Shown one piece after another: positions 37,008 to 45,628 of a DNA stretch of 64,000 nt. Position 1 is the stretch's first letter, and each line of letters opens with the position of its first letter. The notes under the pieces were generated by a model. That model made no database searches. It worked only from the letters and a program-made list of their open reading frames with translations, and was not told the DNA's origin. The translations under genes and the position numbers were made by a program. Origin of the DNA: Bacteroidia bacterium (GTDB taxonomy: Bacteria > Bacteroidota > Bacteroidia > AKYH767-A > OLB10); contig JAXLTL010000001.1 of NCBI GenBank assembly GCA_046330075.1, forward strand, positions 652,481-716,480, read 5' to 3'.

Positions 37008-39329
37008 ATGAAAAAAGCCTGGTTGTTCATATGTGGACTACTGTTTCCACTGATTGGAATATCCCAACCTTTACCGGATGTTGTCCAATATGAAATCAAT
37101 ATCAATTCCATTGATTTTGCAGCGCAAACCATTTCCGGACATACAAATGTCGTTTTTTGCAATTCCACCACTCCACTATCGACCCTGGAGTTAAGCCTTC
37201 TTAAACTAAACATCGACTCAATAATCACTAACAGCGGAGTCCCGCTCAGTTATCAGTACAACGATACAAATCTGACCATTACACTTTCAGCTCCATTATC
37301 CGTTACTGACACGGATACGGTAGCGATTTACTACCATGGTTCACCAAAACTCGACCCCTCGAACTGGGGAGGATTTTATTTTTCAGGAACATTTGCTTTC
37401 AACATGGGAGTTGGATTCGATGCGGATCCACATTGTTTCGGCAGGGCGTGGTTTCCAAGTAATGACGTCTTCACTGACCGAGCCTCCTTTCGGTTTCACA
37501 TCCGTACCCCTGCGGGTTACAAAGCCTTCTGCAATGGTCAATTAACAGGTATCGACACAATCACTCCTGCTATACTGCAATGGAACTGGGACTTTTCACA
37601 GGAAATCCCTACTTATCTTGCCAGTGTGGCAGTTGCTCCGTATGCTACCTGGGAAAGAAATTATCAGGGGATACCGGTGGAGATCGCTGCATTGCCAGCC
37701 GATACTGCAAATGTAACCGGCACCTTTACGCATCTGGATTCAACACTTTACCACTATATACATGCATATGGACCATACCCCTACGACAAAGTTGGATACT
37801 GCCTGATTCCTTTTAATTCGGGAGCCATGGAGCACGCCAGCAGCATTCACATAGGAAAGGCATTTGTAGCAGGAACACTAACTTATGAAACACTATGGAT
37901 GCACGAACTCTCACACATGTGGTGGGGTGATCAGGTTACCTGTGCTACAGCAGGAGACATGTGGCTGAATGAAGGTTTTGCCAGCTTTAACGAAGGTTAT
38001 ATGACTCAGCAGATCTATGGTGATGCTGCTTACAGACAATGGATAAAATCCAATCTCCGCCCTGTCTTACAATTTGCACATATCACAGATGGTGGCTATC
38101 TCCCGTTGATCAACATACCGCATGCTCACACCTATGGCCCTACCGTTTATAACAAAGGAGCAGCGATAGCTCATACGCTACGCTACTATATGGGCGACTC
38201 TCTTTTCTTTGCAGGTTGCAAGGCCTATCTGAATAACAAAAGCAACCAGAATGTAACAAGTTATGATTTACGCGACCAACTGGCCGCAGCAAGCGGGATG
38301 AATCTAACCCGCTTTTTCGATGATTGGGTTTTCACTCCGGGATTCCCCCACTTCTCTATTGATTCCGTAGTATTTATTCCCGGAGGTCTTAACCATTACT
38401 TTGTGTATACCCGTCAAAAATCAAAAGGCAATAATCACCTCTACGAAATGCCCGTACAGATTACGCTTTCTGATTATTACTCCGACACTACTTTTACCGT
38501 AACTATTGACAGTGCAACCAACGTGTTTCATTTTGCAACACCGAACAATATAGAATGGTTCACCATTGACAAGAATGATAGAATGGCGGATGCCATCACG
38601 GCAGATGAAAGAAGAATCACCTCAACCGGCAGCGTGGTTTTCAACGAAACTGCAGTAACGGTAAACACCCAGCAAACCGGAGGCGACACTTCCATCGTGC
38701 GGGCAGAGCACCATTGGGTAACACCAGATCCCTTTAAAGTGTCAGGACAAGGAATCCGCATCAGCGATTATCACTATTGGAAAATTGACGGATTATTTAA
38801 ATCAGGATATCATGCCAAAGCAACATTTCCCTACAATGGTTCTACCAGCACTACAACAGGATATCTCGACAACACGTTGATTACTGGAACGGAAGACAGT
38901 ATCGTTCTGTTATACCGAGCCGGAGCTGCTGACGATTGGCAGATCGTCACCTCCTATACCCAGAATACGGGAAACAAGTTTGACAAGATGGGGAATTTCG
39001 TAATTGACTCCCTTAAAATCGGCGAGTATGCCTTTGGTTACAGAGATTATACAACCGGGCAAAACATCCCTGGCGAAAAATACCCGGTCTTAAACATCTG
39101 GCCGAACCCATCAAGAGATGGTATTCAGTTTTGCCTGGGTCAGGAAAAACAAAACCAGAGCTACCAGGTAAATATTTACGACCTTCAAGGCAAATATCTC
39201 TTCAGCAAAACCATTTATACCGGAACTACTGAACAATGGACTCCACGCAATGGGCAGAAAGGAACGTTCATCATGAAAATTACTTCCGGCAATCAGGAGA
39301 TTAACGTTAAAAAATTCCAACTACTCTGA
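37008..39329 (+). CDS. M1-family zinc metallopeptidase (aminopeptidase N-like) with T9SS C-terminal sorting domain
   Basis: HELSHMWWGD (HExxHx18E zincin) and WLNEGFASF. The C-terminus ...VLNIWPNPSRDGIQF...KITSGNQEINVKKFQLL resembles the type-A CTD. Confidence 0.85.
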   Translation: MKKAWLFICGLLFPLIGISQPLPDVVQYEININSIDFAAQTISGHTNVVFCNSTTPLSTLELSLLKLNIDSIITNSGVPLSYQYNDTNLTITLSAPLSVTDTDTVAIYYHGSPKLDPSNWGGFYFSGTFAFNMGVGFDADPHCFGRAWFPSNDVFTDRASFRFHIRTPAGYKAFCNGQLTGIDTITPAILQWNWDFSQEIPTYLASVAVAPYATWERNYQGIPVEIAALPADTANVTGTFTHLDSTLYHYIHAYGPYPYDKVGYCLIPFNSGAMEHASSIHIGKAFVAGTLTYETLWMHELSHMWWGDQVTCATAGDMWLNEGFASFNEGYMTQQIYGDAAYRQWIKSNLRPVLQFAHITDGGYLPLINIPHAHTYGPTVYNKGAAIAHTLRYYMGDSLFFAGCKAYLNNKSNQNVTSYDLRDQLAAASGMNLTRFFDDWVFTPGFPHFSIDSVVFIPGGLNHYFVYTRQKSKGNNHLYEMPVQITLSDYYSDTTFTVTIDSATNVFHFATPNNIEWFTIDKNDRMADAITADERRITSTGSVVFNETAVTVNTQQTGGDTSIVRAEHHWVTPDPFKVSGQGIRISDYHYWKIDGLFKSGYHAKATFPYNGSTSTTTGYLDNTLITGTEDSIVLLYRAGAADDWQIVTSYTQNTGNKFDKMGNFVIDSLKIGEYAFGYRDYTTGQNIPGEKYPVLNIWPNPSRDGIQFCLGQEKQNQSYQVNIYDLQGKYLFSKTIYTGTTEQWTPRNGQKGTFIMKITSGNQEINVKKFQLL

Positions 39330-39349
39330 GCGTATCAGGGCTGAATTCT

Positions 39350-40543
39350 ATGCATCCGCTACCTTATCCGATCATCACTCTTAAAAAGGGGAAAGAACGT
39401 TCATTACTTCAAAAACATCCCTGGGTATTCAGCGGCGCCATTCACAAAGAACCCGGTTCGTTAAAGGAAGGCGACGTAGTACAGGTTCACAGTGCCGATC
39501 ATCAGTATCTCGCAACCGGACATTTTCACAAAGGAACAATAACAGTCCGCTGTTTTGATTTTTCAGCCACTTCGTCACTGGCCGAACTCTTCAAGACAAA
39601 ATTCCAAACGGCGATTGCTCTCCGAAAAGCTATACATCTGCCCTCTACAAACACCAATTGCTACAGACTGATTCACGGTGAAGGCGATGGGTTTCCCGGG
39701 CTAATCATAGATATTTACGGTAACACGGCAGTTATTCAATGCCATACTACCGGAATGTTCAGACATAGGTCTGACCTCTGTGAAATTCTCCGGGAGCTTA
39801 TTCCGGATCTGGAGGCGGTATATGACAAAAGTGCAGATACACTTTCTAAGCACGGCGCTACGTCTGAAGGGGATGATTTTCTTTGGAAAAAACCCGGGTA
39901 TCAGTCCCCTGACTTTGTAACGGAACACCAGCTGAAGTTCCATGTAGATTTCATTCACGGACAAAAAACAGGCTTCTTTCTTGACCAACGGGAAAACCGG
40001 AATTTGTTACGGGCATATGCTGAAGGAAAGACTGTACTAAACACTTTTTGTTATACTGGAGGATTTTCGCTTGCTGCACTTGCCGGTGGGGCCCGACTCG
40101 TCCATTCTGTCGATAGTTCAAAACGCGCAATAGAAGGAGTAGAAAGAAATATCCAGCTCCAGCAATTGCAAGGACACCATACCAGTTTCTGCGAAGATGT
40201 TATGTCCTATTTAAAACGTTGTAATGATGAATATGATATTATCATCCTGGATCCTCCGGCTTATGCCAAGCATCTGAACCAAACCTCAAATGCCATGATC
40301 GGATACCGGAATCTCAATACAGAAGGATTGAAAAAGATTAAACCCGGAGGTATATTATTCACGTTTTCCTGTTCTCAGGCAATAGACAAGGAATTATTCC
40401 GTAAACTCATCTTTCAGTCAGCACTTCAAGCCAAGCGCAACATCAGCATACTTCATCAGCTATCCCAGCCAGCCGATCATCCGGTGAATATTTACCATCC
40501 GGAAGCAGAATATCTCAAAGGACTTGTTTTGTTCGTAGAATAA
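39350..40543 (+). CDS. rlmI: class I SAM-dependent 23S rRNA (cytosine-C5) methyltransferase, RlmI/RlmK-like, with N-terminal PUA domain
   Basis: ITLKKGKERSLLQKHPWVFSGAI (PUA), then the Rossmann methyltransferase domain (VLNTFCYTGGFSLAA...IIILDPPA). Confidence 0.8.
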   Translation: MHPLPYPIITLKKGKERSLLQKHPWVFSGAIHKEPGSLKEGDVVQVHSADHQYLATGHFHKGTITVRCFDFSATSSLAELFKTKFQTAIALRKAIHLPSTNTNCYRLIHGEGDGFPGLIIDIYGNTAVIQCHTTGMFRHRSDLCEILRELIPDLEAVYDKSADTLSKHGATSEGDDFLWKKPGYQSPDFVTEHQLKFHVDFIHGQKTGFFLDQRENRNLLRAYAEGKTVLNTFCYTGGFSLAALAGGARLVHSVDSSKRAIEGVERNIQLQQLQGHHTSFCEDVMSYLKRCNDEYDIIILDPPAYAKHLNQTSNAMIGYRNLNTEGLKKIKPGGILFTFSCSQAIDKELFRKLIFQSALQAKRNISILHQLSQPADHPVNIYHPEAEYLKGLVLFVE

Positions 40544-40605
40544 CAATCATATCCTCAAAAGCGCATAAAAGTTTATCTTATAGTATCTTTGCAAAAAACA
40601 ATCAA

Positions 40606-41442
40606 ATGATCCCGCACCTTCCCCATCTTCGGCATACTGACACCGGCAATTTCTTTCTGATTGCCGGAACCTGTGTGGTTGAATCTGAAGCGATCACTTA
40701 TAAGACAGCACATACGCTTCAGCAAATCACCAACCGGTTAGGCATTCCGTTTATTTTTAAAGCTTCTTACCGGAAAGCTAATCGTACAAGAATTGATTCT
40801 TATACTGGTATGGGAGATGAAATGGCATTGCAGATATTATCCAAAGTCGGACAGGAATTGCACCTTCCACTTTTAACTGATATACATGAAAGTCATGAAG
40901 CGGCCATTGCTGCCGAATATGTAGATGTCCTCCAGATTCCGGCCTTCCTTTGCCGTCAAACTGATTTATTGGTAGCCGCGGCAAAGACACACAAAGTTGT
41001 GAATATCAAAAAAGGCCAGTTTTTATCTCCTGAAGCCATGAGATTTGCAGTTCAGAAAGTAAAAGATGCAGGTAATAATAAAGTAATGGTTACTGAGCGG
41101 GGCTCCAGTTTTGGCTATGGAGATCTCGTTGTTGACTTCCGTTCTATTCCGGCTATGAAGAGTTTTGGGCATCCGGTAATCATGGACATTACACACAGCA
41201 TCCAACAACCTAACCAATCATCCGGAGTGACAGGTGGCCGACCAGATTTGATAGCAACCATTGCCAAAGCTGCAATTGCCACAGGAGCCGATGGTATCTT
41301 TCTCGAAACGCACCCCAATCCAGCAGAAGCCCTTAGCGACGGCGCCAATATGATACCGCTGGATCGGGTTGAAGAACTATTGCATGAATTAGTGAGAATT
41401 CATCATGCTGTGCACCCAAGAAAATCACAAACAACTGTATAA
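40606..41442 (+). CDS. kdsA: 3-deoxy-8-phosphooctulonate (KDO-8-P) synthase
   Basis: FFLIAGTCVVESE...IPFIFKASYRKANRTRIDSYTGMG...KKGQFLSPE: the DAHP/KDO8P synthase family, KdsA length. Confidence 0.88.
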   Translation: MIPHLPHLRHTDTGNFFLIAGTCVVESEAITYKTAHTLQQITNRLGIPFIFKASYRKANRTRIDSYTGMGDEMALQILSKVGQELHLPLLTDIHESHEAAIAAEYVDVLQIPAFLCRQTDLLVAAAKTHKVVNIKKGQFLSPEAMRFAVQKVKDAGNNKVMVTERGSSFGYGDLVVDFRSIPAMKSFGHPVIMDITHSIQQPNQSSGVTGGRPDLIATIAKAAIATGADGIFLETHPNPAEALSDGANMIPLDRVEELLHELVRIHHAVHPRKSQTTV

Positions 41443-41518
41443 CAGTCACTTGCAACGCATTTTTGTTTATTTTTATAAACGAACATATAGTTTCAGAGAA
41501 TAGAAACAAAGCCGGGCA

Positions 41519-41541
41519 TACTTCGTAAAAGTTACGAAGTA
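41519..41541. promoter_or_regulatory. perfect 10-3-10 palindrome TACTTCGTAA-aag-TTACGAAGTA about 10 nt upstream of the histidine kinase start
   Basis: Seen directly. Its position overlaps the likely translation-initiation region or operator of the kinase-led operon. Confidence 0.35.
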
Positions 41542-41551
41542 ATTGCTCCCC

Positions 41552-44500
41552 ATGCATAAGTTGCTCAAGCGCCAGCTTGAAAAATATTTTGGCTCAGCCT
41601 TACCCGATCATCAGGGATTTGACGCTTTTATTAAAGCAGTCAACGAGGTATATCATGAGGATGAAAAGCGGTTAAAGAATCTTGAAAACATCATTGAAGT
41701 TTCTTCGGACGAGGCAAAAGCGGAAGTTGACAATATTCGTTTTGCCATTGAAGAAGCGAGCCTGGTAGCGGTCATTGGCAGAAACGGTAGAATTTCTTCA
41801 GTAAATAAAAATCTCCAGAAGCTCACCGGTTTACAAGCAGAAGATTTTATCAATAAAACAGCGCTTGAAATTGCGGGTCCCGAACAGGAAGAACTCATCA
41901 CGCGGGCAATCCGCAGAGCCACCGCTGGAAATATCTGGCAAGGTGAAATATTTGTAAAAACCAGAAAGGGTAACTTAATCTGGCTGAATGGAACCGTTAC
42001 TCCACTCAAAGATGCGCATGGGATTATTACACGTTATCTGGCCATTCTGCACGATACAACTGCCCGAAAGCTTTTCGAAAATGAAATAATCACCAGTGAA
42101 AAGAAGTATAGAAGTGTCATCAACAGTGTCCACGACATTATTTTTCAAGCCGACAAAAATCTCGAATTCACCTTTCTCAACTCCGCCTGGAAGGAAATAA
42201 CAGGATTTAACATTGAAGACGGTTTAGGAAGCCGACTGGTAGATTATATCTATGCCGAAGATCTCTCCATTTTTAACCGGTTGCTAAATAGCATACAGTC
42301 CTTTGATATCAATTCCGGATCAACCGTACTCAGGCTTAAACCGAAAACAGGGCAATACCGATGGGTAGACTTTAACCTCAAACCCAATTATCAGCCGGGA
42401 GGAGCTATAAACTCATTCTCCGGAACGATCCGTGATGTTACTGAAAGCAGAAGAAACGAAGAATTGCTGGCCAGATCCAACGCCTTCCAACGGGCTCTTC
42501 TGAACTCAGCAAGGCAAGCCATCATTGCAACCGATGAAAGCGGCATAATAAAAACGTTCAACAAGGGTGCAGAAAAGATGACCGGCCACCTGGCAGAAGA
42601 TGTTATTGGCCTTACTTCTGTTGACAAACTTTTGATTTTTGATGCACCCTTCACCAATCATATCAATCTCGGAGAATTGCTTTCTTCTCTTAACCAACAG
42701 CGCAATGGAGAAATTGAATGTCATCTGAAGACAACCTATTCAAAAAGTTTGATTGTTTCACTCTCTATGAGTGAAATAGCAGATGATAAAGCAAATGGCA
42801 CCGGTTATTTATTTATTTTCAGTGATATCAGTTCTCGAAAAGAAGCTGAAACCGAGGTCAGAAAATTAAGCACTATACTGGAGGAATCTCCTGATTATGT
42901 CAGTTACTATGACATGACAGGTGAAATGATTTATGCAAACAAGGCATTCAAAGAAATCAGATATGATCAACAAAATGAATGCAAGTATGAATTATACCCT
43001 GCATGGGCAGAGCTTATCATCAGAAGAAAGGCAATCCCCTATGCCATGGAAAACGGTGCATGGAAGGGAGAAACTGCCATACTTGACAAAGACGGAAATG
43101 AGATTCCTGTCCATCAGCTGATCATCATCCACCGCAATGAAGAAGGCACAGCCATTTTCAGGTCATCTGTAATGCGTGATATTACTCAGCGAAAAAAATA
43201 CGAATACAAACTACTGCAGAGTGAAAAACGCAACCGCGACCTTGTTAATTATAGTCAGGCTATTATAGCCACCCATGATCTGGGCGGAAAGATTTTAAGC
43301 ATAAATCCTGCCGGCTGTAACCTCCTGGAATATGACCTTGAAGAGATGGTGGGAAAAAACATCATGGATTTCATGCCGGCCTCTCATCGTGAACTTTTCC
43401 AAACCGAATATCTGGGCTTATTCAAAAAATCAAAAACTGCTGAGGGAATTTTATACCTGCTCAGTAAAAGCGGGCAGCAACTCAGTCTGCTTTACAAGAA
43501 CTATAAAGTTGATGAAGCCGGCGAAGAATCCTACATCATTGGATTCGCGCAGGACATTACACAACGACTGCTTGCAGAGGCAGAACTTAAAACCGCAAAA
43601 CTTTCGGCTGAAGAAAGCGCGCGAGCGAAAGAGCTGTTCCTTGCCAATATGTCCCACGAAATCCGGACACCGATGAATGGAATTGTCGGACTTACAAATC
43701 TGCTCTTAAAATCTCCTTTAAACGATAAACAAAAGGAATATGCATCTTCTGTTAAGCAAAGTGCGGAAAATCTGCTGGTAATCATTAATGCCATTTTGGA
43801 TTTCAGTAAAATCCAGGCAGGTAAATTTGAAATTACCAAGAAACCATTTGATCTGGCAAATCTGTTTTACAATCTGCGACAGACCTTCAGAGTAGAAGCA
43901 CAACGAAAAGGAATCGAACTTCAAACCTCCATTGACGACAATATCCATCAGATACTGAACGGAGATGAAATCCGGCTGAATCAGATTATTTCTAATCTTG
44001 TCAGCAACGCTTTAAAGTTTACTGAAAACGGCAAGATTTCACTGGCAGCTCGTTTGCTCAACCAAACAAACGAAGCCTGCAGATTACGTTTCAGTGTTAC
44101 GGATACAGGTATTGGGATTGCACCGGAAAAACTGGATAAAATCTTCAACAGCTTCACACAGGCTAATTCAGATACAAGCAGAAAATATGGTGGCACCGGC
44201 CTTGGACTCACCATTGTAAAAAACATGCTTGAACTGATGGGTGGCCGCATCCATGTAAAAAGCGAACCGGGCAGCGGATCCACCTTCTTCTTTGATCTGA
44301 ATCTCGAAAAAGCACATCGCCTGATTGAAGATCAGCAAGTACACGAAGAAGATTACAGCGGAAAACTCAAAGGCTTGCGTATCCTGATGGCAGAAGACAA
44401 CAAAGTCAACCAGCTTTTTGCATCAGAATTGATTCAAGACTGGGGAGCCAGTCTTGATATTGCCGATAATGGTAAGCTGGCCGTAGAAATGGCCCGAAAG

Positions 44501-45199
44501 AATGAATACGATTTAATTCTGATGGACATTCAGATGCCGGAAATGAGCGGCCTCGATGCTACGCATTATATACGAAATGAATTCAAAGGTCCGAAGAAAG
44601 ACATTGTCATCATTGCTATGACAGCAAATGCCATGAAAGGAAACGAGGAACAATATGGCAAAGCAGGAATGAATGATGTAATTTTCAAACCATATGAATC
44701 AGCCGAACTCTTTACAAAAATCAAGAGGTTCACTAAAGTTAAGGATTCAGGGTCCGCAAAAGAGAAAAAACACACCACTCCGGTTGCTGAGCACTTAGAT
44801 TCTGTTCCGACTCCAGTAAATGATCTGTCCTTAAAGCATGCCAGTATGCACGTATTAACTGCCTTTTCACGTGGAAAAGACAGCTTCATCGTTAAAATGC
44901 TGACAGTACTTATTGAAAGCGTTCCTCCGACTAGCATAGAATTAAACGATTCAATCCGGCATGGCAATTGGGAAAAAGTTGTCAAAGCAGCCCATAAACT
45001 CATCCCCAATATGAATATGATGGGGAACCCCGGGCTTGAAAAAAGCATGAAATGGATTGAAGATCAAGCCAATGTAGAAGCTTCCCGAAAAGCTGTCAGT
45101 GAACTATGGCCATCGGTAGCACAAGAACTTGAACTGGCCGTAAAGGACCTTCATACCGCACTAAAATTCTATCAGGCCAGAGAAACATCTGCAAAATAA
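41552..45199 (+). CDS. cytoplasmic hybrid sensor histidine kinase: multiple PAS domains, HisKA, HATPase, receiver, C-terminal Hpt
   Basis: No TM. Repeated PAS-like blocks. H-box ANMSHEIRTPMNGI. N, G1 and G2 boxes (ISNLVSNALKFT; DTGIGIAPE; GGTGLGLTIV). Receiver (LRILMAEDNKVNQ...LILMDIQMPEMSG...KPY). An Hpt-like helical C-terminus. Start taken at the ATG at 41552 (MHKLLKRQ); the track begins at a TTG at 41543. Confidence 0.9.
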   Translation: MHKLLKRQLEKYFGSALPDHQGFDAFIKAVNEVYHEDEKRLKNLENIIEVSSDEAKAEVDNIRFAIEEASLVAVIGRNGRISSVNKNLQKLTGLQAEDFINKTALEIAGPEQEELITRAIRRATAGNIWQGEIFVKTRKGNLIWLNGTVTPLKDAHGIITRYLAILHDTTARKLFENEIITSEKKYRSVINSVHDIIFQADKNLEFTFLNSAWKEITGFNIEDGLGSRLVDYIYAEDLSIFNRLLNSIQSFDINSGSTVLRLKPKTGQYRWVDFNLKPNYQPGGAINSFSGTIRDVTESRRNEELLARSNAFQRALLNSARQAIIATDESGIIKTFNKGAEKMTGHLAEDVIGLTSVDKLLIFDAPFTNHINLGELLSSLNQQRNGEIECHLKTTYSKSLIVSLSMSEIADDKANGTGYLFIFSDISSRKEAETEVRKLSTILEESPDYVSYYDMTGEMIYANKAFKEIRYDQQNECKYELYPAWAELIIRRKAIPYAMENGAWKGETAILDKDGNEIPVHQLIIIHRNEEGTAIFRSSVMRDITQRKKYEYKLLQSEKRNRDLVNYSQAIIATHDLGGKILSINPAGCNLLEYDLEEMVGKNIMDFMPASHRELFQTEYLGLFKKSKTAEGILYLLSKSGQQLSLLYKNYKVDEAGEESYIIGFAQDITQRLLAEAELKTAKLSAEESARAKELFLANMSHEIRTPMNGIVGLTNLLLKSPLNDKQKEYASSVKQSAENLLVIINAILDFSKIQAGKFEITKKPFDLANLFYNLRQTFRVEAQRKGIELQTSIDDNIHQILNGDEIRLNQIISNLVSNALKFTENGKISLAARLLNQTNEACRLRFSVTDTGIGIAPEKLDKIFNSFTQANSDTSRKYGGTGLGLTIVKNMLELMGGRIHVKSEPGSGSTFFFDLNLEKAHRLIEDQQVHEEDYSGKLKGLRILMAEDNKVNQLFASELIQDWGASLDIADNGKLAVEMARKNEYDLILMDIQMPEMSGLDATHYIRNEFKGPKKDIVIIAMTANAMKGNEEQYGKAGMNDVIFKPYESAELFTKIKRFTKVKDSGSAKEKKHTTPVAEHLDSVPTPVNDLSLKHASMHVLTAFSRGKDSFIVKMLTVLIESVPPTSIELNDSIRHGNWEKVVKAAHKLIPNMNMMGNPGLEKSMKWIEDQANVEASRKAVSELWPSVAQELELAVKDLHTALKFYQARETSAK

Positions 45200-45230
45200 C
45201 CTCCGTATAAGAAATACCCCACAAAAGAAT

Positions 45231-45611
45231 ATGAAAAAGCAAATCCTGGTAGTAGACGACGAATTAAGCATTCGAATGTTGCTTGAAAATTTCCTTTCAG
45301 ATGAATATGATGTCATCACAAAGGATAATGGATATGAAGCCATGACATGGTTCCAGGAAGGAAACACTGCAGACCTTATCCTGGTGGACATTGACATGCC
45401 CATGGTAAACGGATATGAACTCACTGAAAACATCCGTAAGCAAGCCGGCATGGAGAAAGTTCCGGTGATCATGCTTTCCAGCAAACAGAAAAGCTCCGAC
45501 CGTATCAAATCATTTAACGTAGGCGCTGATGATTACCTTCAAAAACCATTCAATCCGGAAGAGTTGATGGTTCGTATTCAGGTAATCTTTCGTAGAATGA
45601 CAGCTGCATAA
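45231..45611 (+). CDS. single-domain response regulator (CheY-like receiver)
   Basis: ILVVDDELSIRMLLE...LILVDIDMPMVNG...IMLSS...YLQKPF: all canonical receiver residues are present. Confidence 0.85.
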   Translation: MKKQILVVDDELSIRMLLENFLSDEYDVITKDNGYEAMTWFQEGNTADLILVDIDMPMVNGYELTENIRKQAGMEKVPVIMLSSKQKSSDRIKSFNVGADDYLQKPFNPEELMVRIQVIFRRMTAA

Positions 45612-45628
45612 AAATTTTCAGCCCCCAT

